From Octopus sinensis (lineage: Eukaryota), in NCBI RefSeq assembly GCF_006345805.1, contig NC_043018.1, positions 28,582,001-28,646,000 of the forward strand: DNA of 64,000 bases, given 5' to 3'. Positions 56,374 to 64,000 of the stretch are shown here, in pieces (within the stretch, counting starts at the first letter, position 1; every line of letters starts with the position of its first letter). The notes under the pieces were generated by a model that had not been told where the DNA came from, searched no databases, and saw only the letters and a program-made list of their open reading frames with translations. A program made the position numbers and the translations under genes.

Positions 56374-56926
56374 TGTATGTATATATGTATGCATATATTG
56401 CACGTATATATGTATATATATGTACACATACATTTTATATATAAATATGTATGTACGTATTTGTGCGTGGGTGTGTTTGTGTCTGAGTGTGCGTCTACGC
56501 GTAGGTGTATTTGTGTGTATTACACTTTTTTGTCTCCTATATATAATTTTTTATATATTTTATATATTTTATACATTTATTTAGTTATGGGTGGGTGGAG
56601 ATCTATGTTGACTATGCATGATTCTTCTTTTTTTATTATTATTCATTGAAATTTTATTGTTTCAGGGCATAATTACTATTTTGAGTGTATTGTATTCTAC
56701 TGATTGCTTTCATTTCTATCGATTAATCGATACGCTGAATCGAATTACAATACGGAGATGCAAGATTTGCCGGGAAACAGTTTAAAGCTATAAAATATTC
56801 AGTTTAAGAGTCAATTAAACAATTAGCTGGTTAATTAATTTAATGTAGTATTTACTGCATAGTTTGACTTAATAAAACATATAAAATCAGTGTTGATTAT
56901 TTTTATTGCATTGATTATGTAATCCT

Positions 56927-57026
56927 NNNNNNNNNNNNNNNNNNNNNNNNNNNNNNNNNNNNNNNNNNNNNNNNNNNNNNNNNNNNNNNNNNNNNNNNNN
57001 NNNNNNNNNNNNNNNNNNNNNNNNNN
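56927..57026. other. Assembly gap (100 N, size unknown)
   Basis: Run of exactly 100 N. Confidence 1.
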
Positions 57027-57135
57027 ATATATATATATTATATATATAATGTACACAGACTAGCAGTAATATAATTGGAGGATTAAAATTACTGAAAGCC
57101 ATGGAAAGGGAAATGACCATTGAAAAAGTGATGAC

Positions 57136-57192
57136 ACCGGCGGTGCCCCAGCTTGGCCACAACAGTTGGGCTGAAACGCATAAGAGTAAAAG
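57136..57192 (+). mobile_element. Isolated CR1/SINE-type 3' tail
   Basis: GGCGGTGCCCCAGCTTGGCCACA...CTGAAACGCATAAGAGTAAAAG. Confidence 0.5.
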
Positions 57193-59160
57193 CGTGTGGG
57201 TGTGCGCGCGCGCGTAACCATCTCTTTATTATTGACAAAGTGGCCTAGTTTTCACGTTGCTACAGCAGCAATAATTACGAGTAAAAATCAGTTATCGAGA
57301 ATGACGGGTTTGTGGTTGTAGCGGTGGTTGAGGGGGTGGCGATATAGTGGCGGCGGTGGTGATGGTAGTGGTGGCGGTGGTGGTGCTGGCTCCAAGGTAG
57401 TAGTTGTGATACTTCCAGCCGTTGTTATATTATCGTAATCATGCAAGGACAACCTCATACATACATACTTACATAATAAATTAATAGATAAAATAAAACA
57501 TATGCATATATACATACATATATGTACGTACCTATCTCCACATGTATATATACATGCATATATGGGTACAGGACACCAAAAAAAAACGTCGAACACAATG
57601 AGAAACGAAAACATAAACACAAAACCAAGGAAATGGACATTTTTCTTAAACAACGAAAAAATAGAGTACAGGACATACAATGCAAGGAAAATTTCCCTTC
57701 TTCAGTTGCCTTTATTTCATCTACTCCGCGTTTCGAAGTTTAAGGCGAGACACGACTTTAATGAAACATTCCTTCCCGCGAAAAGCAAATTAAATAAAAT
57801 TTGAGATTTTTTGTGGCGGGGTAAAAATGGTAACAAAAACAGGACAGTAAAGACAGTACAAAATGTAAACAGTAAAGGACAGGACAAGGAGAATAACAGT
57901 AACACAAACATTGAGAGCTGTTAAGCCAGAGCGAAAGAAAAAATATTATGAACGCTTTTGAGGACGGCAAGAGAGAGACAGGAAAGCCATCCACACTTGA
58001 AGGAAACTAGGTCAGAAAGACAGTAGCAGAACTCCCGTCGCGGGTCAACGACGGGAGGGAGGAGGAGGAGCAAGAGAAAGATACATACATACATACATAC
58101 ATACATACATACATACATGCATACATACATACATACATACATACATACATACATACATACATGCATGCATACGCGCGTACACACAAACACACCATCCAAA
58201 TGAGTTACTACATCGAAGAGTTAAAAAACTGCTAAATTTGCGGTACTTCCTTCCCCTTCCCCTCACCGCCACCACTTCAGGCCTTATGATTTCTAAGGCC
58301 AGTTACCTGGTTTTTGTAAGGCGTATAAGTAACTAAAAGCACGGTCCGTTAAGGCCCAGCAATTTTTGAGTGGGGGCGAACCCACATCGATTACATCGAC
58401 ACCAGTACTTAATTGTAACTTTATTTTATCAGTCTCCGAAGACAATGCAGATACCAACTAGGTTGGACTTCAGAATTGAAAGAGCCGGATAAAATGCTGT
58501 TAAGCATTTTGTCCGACGTGTTACTGAGTCTGCCAACTCGTCACCTATCGTATTATTGATAGCCAATGATTAATAAAACTATATTACATTAAAAATGAAC
58601 TTCAATCTTGCTTGCTTGCAATGTTACACTGCTAAACTGACGCATAATAGGAAAATACTATGAATTAAGGTCCACCTGAACTGTGAATACAAACAGAATA
58701 AAACAAGTTTCGTGTAAATCGGACAAGTGGTTCTTGGAATATCGGGTGTTTTGCGGGTATAAATACCCAAAACGGTACGTAATGGGAAAATACTCCGAAA
58801 ATAACTTAACCCTGAAAGAAAAGAAACTCTAAGCTTTCAATTATGATGAGCAAAAGTATTAGTGGTTTGCCAACGAAACTTAGGAGTTGTTTTTTATAGT
58901 AAATGCTTCTATTTTCGCTTTTATCAAAACACATTTTAATCATTTAGAAATATAAGTAAATATGATTTCAAACATGTAAGTTGTTTGCACAGTAAGTGTT
59001 TATATTTGAGCTTTCTTTAAACAGACAATATTTTAATCTTTTTAAAAATTATTTTCAAGTAAATACCATTTCAATAGTTTCTCTTGATATATCTAAAAAT
59101 ATTTTAAAGCAAAAATGACTTTAAAAATACGGTAAATATTTTGTAAAATATCCCTTTGTA

Positions 59161-59583
59161 ACCTCGGTGTGAAATTTTTTCCACGTGTTTTTTTCGGGTG
59201 CATTCAACGTATCTCACCTCAAAAGATTTGGCTACTATTTCTAGCACACCCTGCTACCACTTAACTGCTATTTGCGATAAAGGACCCAAAATAACTGTTA
59301 CGTTGTAGAAGGGCGTGCAAGAATTAGCAGCCAAATCTTTCCTTTTCTGAGGAAGCCTTTTACGCTTGATTTCGATGTTACATTCGTTGAAAGCATGCGA
59401 AATAACCAGGAAAAGAAAAAAATCTCACGAAACAAAACTCCGTTGGTGGGAAACTCCGAGGTTCCCACAACCTTTCCCCCCCCCTTTCTTTTTCGGAAGA
59501 CGGTGGCTTGCGGTGGGTTTGGAGGTGAGATACGTTGAATCCACTCGAAAAAAAAAACCTGTGGAAAAATTTCACACTGAAGT
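59161..59583. repeat. Imperfect inverted repeat of about 64 bp (59161-59224 and 59518-59583), MITE-like
   Basis: GTGTGAAATTTTT.CCAC..GTTTTTTT.CG.GTG.ATTCAACGTATCTCACCTC present in both orientations. Confidence 0.7.
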
Positions 59584-60690
59584 AAGAACGGGTCCTTTAC
59601 GAAATATTTACCCAAGATCGGGACAGGCATGCGGATAGAAGGATAGATGAGACTGAAAAAGTAAGGGCTGAGCGTCTGGCGGAACAGAGGGAGAGAGACA
59701 GAAGCAGGAGAGATCAGGAATCGGACACTCGGAGAGCTGAGCGTCTGGCGAAACAGGAAAAGAGACAAAAGCAAACATCATGAATCGGATGCTCATGTGA
59801 ATACAAACGGAATAAAACAAGTTTTGCGTAAATCGGACCATGGATTCCTGAGATACGCAGTTTTTTCGGGTACCTTGAATTATAGGTGACCCAATGGGTA
59901 GTCTGGTAAACTACTAAACGGGTGATATGGATGTAGTAGTTGATCGGTGAACATTCAGAATAGCTATCAATACTTCATAAATTAAGAAAATGACAAGGGT
60001 TTGTGCACCTTTAAGTTCTTCTGTAAATGAATTTTTGCGCAAAATATTCATTTTTCGATAGAGTTTTACTCTCCAATTCCGTGTCACCTTCGGTGTTTAA
60101 AAACTTAAAGGGACATAAAACATCTCTACAAACACTGAGAGGGGGAGAGGGAGAGAGAAAACAAGGTGAAGATGACTCTCACTTCACTCTGGTCTTCAAC
60201 TGCCTGGGTGCGCCCCCTGGCGCACATATTCCCTTGCCTCTAATCAACGTGAAAGGTTCAAAGAGACTGAAGATTTTTTCGTGTTTATAAATTTTATTGT
60301 TATTTAACGTCGCATTCTCTTTAGAGTGTCACAATTGCTTAAAATGCAATATTCTGTGGAAATGCATGGAAAAGATGGACACCTCAAGTGCATTGTGCCT
60401 AAGAATCAGAAAAGACAAGGGACTCACGATTAGAGACCCTTTCATAATATACGTTCAGTGTCTGCAGGTCTGTTAAATCTTAACTTGCCTAGATGCCAAG
60501 TTTCAATTCTCTCCCTTGAACTTGACTAGTAAGACTTTTAGATTACTTCCCTTAAATATAATATTTTCGTCTTTCTCCCCTCAACTTTCTCTTTCTTCAC
60601 CTTTGTCCCTCTCTCTGTCTCTCAGGATATTATTTTTTTATAACATCAGTGGCTTAGCATACGTAAAAGACCCATAACAGTATCAAGCAG

Positions 60691-61115
60691 GGATCCTTTC
60701 GGTTTGAACGGCAGTTTTTAAAAATAATTTCCACGTAACTAAACACTTTTAAACTTCGTATACTGGTAGAATGTGTTTATAGAACATCTTTTTCTCTTGG
60801 CTTTATTGAGAAAATTCTATAGTTTGTAAGATATTTATTGTCGTTTTTTTTCTACAATTTCTGCAATTTCAACCAATCAATGATGTCTATTGAGGTGAAA
60901 ACATTCTGTGCCGTATGAATATGTCCCTCGTTTAAGAAACAGATTGGGTTTATTTACATTTCTGAAGAAAAAAAAAGATACCCTTCCCCCACCCCTAACT
61001 AACCCTAACCCTAAAACAGATTGGAATGCAATAGATCGATACTAGGGTCATAATTATGGGTGACAATCTCATATGACACCGCTAGAAAAAACTGCCGGTC
61101 AAACCGAAAAGATCC
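60691..61115. mobile_element. hAT-type MITE, copy 3
   Basis: Same TIRs; 8-bp TSD TCAAGCAG / ACAAGCAG (7 of 8 identical). Confidence 0.9.
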
Positions 61116-61231
61116 ACAAGCAGTAGCGGCATGCTAAATACAGTAGTCAAAATGACCACTTGTGGTTTGGTCAGTTTGGCTGCTATATTTAGCATGCCGG
61201 TTCTGCTTGTTAGTACCCTTAATCATTAATT

Positions 61232-61266
<35 letters not shown>

Positions 61267-61643
61267 ATTCGGATGGGCGATACTACCGGTTGCATTAAAT
61301 CCGGTGCTGAACTGGTACTTATTTAATTTATCTCAAAAGGATAACAAAAAAAAAAATAATAAAATAAAATAAATGAACTAAAAAGCTGAACACACCTTGT
61401 TGGGATTTGATCTTAGAAATAGTGCCTGCATTGTGCTCGGTATACTAACGATTCTGCGAGTTCGCTTATACTCTACACTTTTGTTTTTGTCTTTTTTTTT
61501 CGTTGTATATTTCGTTTTTTTTATCTGGTTTTATCGTTTTTTTATCTGGTTTGCAAGATTCCTTATGTGTTGTCTCTGGGGAGGGTGACATTGTTTTAAT
61601 GCCTTTTCATCCAACACACTCACCGGTTCGATTTCCACTCATT

Positions 61644-61707
<64 letters not shown>

Positions 61708-61711
61708 TATA

Positions 61712-62105
61712 TCTTTTATATATAAAAGTAAGGTTGTGTTGTATGTCTCCTACGATTTAGATTCCTAGCTACTCCCACATTTTGCGGTGCAGTTTAACCA
61801 AAACCGGGTATCTTATAGTTGTGATTCATAACGAGCCCCTCTGGGTATTAGCGCGCGTCTACGATGAGTCTACGATTTAAAAAAAAATTACCATCAAGTT
61901 TTCCCATTTTTAATGCATTTTTGGCATATATAAGGGAAGTAACTCTCTAAAAATTTATTATTAAATCTCAGAACGTAAAAAGCTACACTAACACCCCTTC
62001 TTTGTGATTAGCCATATTGAGATGGCTATTATACTTTACATCTCTAAAAATGCTTATATAGTTATTTCCCTTACAAACCTGAGCAACGCCGGGCGATACT
62101 GCTAG
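61712..62105 (+). mobile_element. Non-autonomous Helitron
   Basis: A|TC 5' end, 3' CGCCGGGCG hairpin followed by CTAG|T, no TSD; second copy at 29821-30085. Confidence 0.75.
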
Positions 62106-62118
62106 TATATATATATAT

Positions 62119-62164
<46 letters not shown>

Positions 62165-62201
62165 TATATATACATATATAATATATATATTAATATATAT
62201 A

Positions 62202-62232
<31 letters not shown>

Positions 62233-62246
62233 CATATACATACATT

Positions 62247-62705
62247 GTGTAGTAAGTAGCTTGTTTACCAACCACATGGTTCCGGGTTCAGTCCCACTGC
62301 GTGGCACCTTGGGCAAGTTTCTTCTACTATAGCCTCGGGCCGACCAAAGCCTTGTGAGTGGATTTGTAGACGGAAACTGAAAGAAGCCCGTCGTATATAT
62401 GTATATATGTATATATATAATAATATATATATATATATATTATATATATATATTATATATATATATTATATATATATGCGTGTGTTGTGTGTGTGTCTGT
62501 GTTTGTCCCCGTAGCATTGTTTGACAACCAATGCTGGTATGTTTATGTCCCCGTAACTTAGCGGTTCGGCAAAAGAGAACGATAGAATAAGTACTGGGCT
62601 TACAAAAGAATAAGTCCCGGGGTCGAGTTGCTCGATTAAAAAAGGGTGGTGCTCCAGCTTGGCCGCAGTCAAATGACTGAAACAAGTAAAAGAGTAAAAT
62701 AAGTA
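62247..62705 (+). mobile_element. SINE family A
   Basis: Head-to-tail homology with expanded internal microsatellite. Confidence 0.9.
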
Positions 62706-63295
62706 TATATTTTCCTTCCAAAATTGTCGTTGCTTTTACAACACTCCGTCCGTTATTGGAATTATGAGAGTCAACATCCATTGACAAGGTTGGAAGAGCA
62801 ACCAAAATTTTGGAAGAAAATTATATATAAATAATGAACCGTGAGTGGAAATCGAACTGGTGAGTGTGGTAGATAATTAAGTATTAACACAATATCACTC
62901 TTCCCAGAGACAACAAAGTTTCGCTGTATATTTCTGTGAAGTAAAGGGACATAACTCTATTTTAACTATTGCTGTCTTCGTGTTTTTATTCTTATTTTTC
63001 TGGATAAAATAGAGGCGGGAAATATTTCGATCCATTGGGATCCTTCCCTCCGTTCCTCTGTCACGATTCGCCTTTCCTTATCTATCTCTTTTTCTTTCTT
63101 TCTTTCTCTTACTTTCTTCTGTCTACCCTCCCCTTCCCTTTATGTCTTTCTTTTTCTCTCTTGGTCTGTTTCTCCTTTTTCCTCTCTCTCATACTCTTTC
63201 TGCGTGTGTGTGTGTTGCGTCTCTCTTCTCTCTCTCTCTCTCTCTCTCCGCCTCTCTCACTCTCTCTCCCTCTCTCCTGCGCCTGTTATCTATAA

Positions 63296-63725
63296 TTTTT
63301 TTTACTAGTTTCAGCTCGAAACTTGCGGCCATGCTGGGGCACCGCCGTTAGCTTTGCTACACTTCCACAATTCGAAACCTCCTCTGATATGCAGCATTGG
63401 TGAATGACGGAGTTTGATGATGCCGCCCTCATCTGAGTTTCCTGCTGCGAGGTACGTTCATCGGGAACTCTTGACAGGAAGAGATCCCGTTTTGTTTCGA
63501 AGATACCTACATCCGCCCCATGTAGGTTTCTCAGGATTTGTGGGCCCTTGAAACTCAAACTTTTGCAGTATCTGGTCCTGTATTCTGGTGGCAATATTGG
63601 GATCCTTGATACTATGCAGTGGCAGCACCTCGTTCTGCTCTTTGTGTAACTTTCAATGCCAAAGTGTGGCGCATGCCCTTCCAGGATTTTCCAGATACAT
63701 ATCACTGTATATCGTTCTGTATATG
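63296..63725 (-). mobile_element. 5'-truncated CR1-type LINE 3' end with tail
   Basis: ERYTVICIWKILEG..YCKSLSFKGPQ..LFLSRVPDE..RAASSNSVIHQ, followed by the 3' tail GGCGGTGCCCCAGCATGGCCGCA...CTGAAACTAGTAAAA. Confidence 0.8.
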
Positions 63726-64000
63726 CCCTGATTCCAAATACTTCCACGTGTATACAAATACATACATAGGATCAGCAGCGAGACATCATGTGGTGCATCA
63801 TTCTAGAAGCCTCTAGAATATTCTCCAAACAAGGGCTATAGATACGTAAGCACATTTTAAGCACCAGACTTTAGTTTGTGGCCACTCGCAACTAAGTCAA
63901 CCACATGTTCATTTTACTGCTTTATAACGTGTGTGTGTGTTTTGCTTGTCACCCTACCATAGTTTGACAGTCGGTGTTGGTTTGTTTAGATTCCCGTAAC

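Overview
AT-rich, microsatellite- and SINE-dense octopus genomic DNA (Octopus vulgaris/sinensis-like). The only host coding sequence I can support is the 3' part of the vasopressin/oxytocin-type precursor gene (cephalotocin/octopressin neurophysin) on the minus strand. It has a 202-bp neurophysin exon at 43207-43006 and a terminal exon at 3979-3879, joined by a 39,026-bp GT-AG intron, and together they encode a 14-Cys neurophysin. I found no exon encoding signal peptide, nonapeptide and GKR by eye, so exon 1 (or exons 1) must lie more than 20.7 kb upstream or in the N gap. Main hypothesis: one locus makes both octopus nonapeptides from alternative first exons spliced to these shared neurophysin exons. 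This and the conflict with a reported intronless structure rest on my recollection of the literature and need checking. The introns hold a complete type I hammerhead ribozyme fold in the sense orientation (20240-20290) and several Penelope-type minimal hammerhead motifs. They also hold a ~550-bp foldback, a 326-bp ~99% identical inverted duplication abutting a hAT MITE, a ~716-bp tandem duplication, fossil Dong/R4, RTE and CR1 LINEs, mariner elements, Helitrons and three tRNA-derived SINE families. Almost all ORFs in the supplied track are microsatellite or repeat artefacts. Repeat boundaries are approximate unless a TSD or TIR is quoted.
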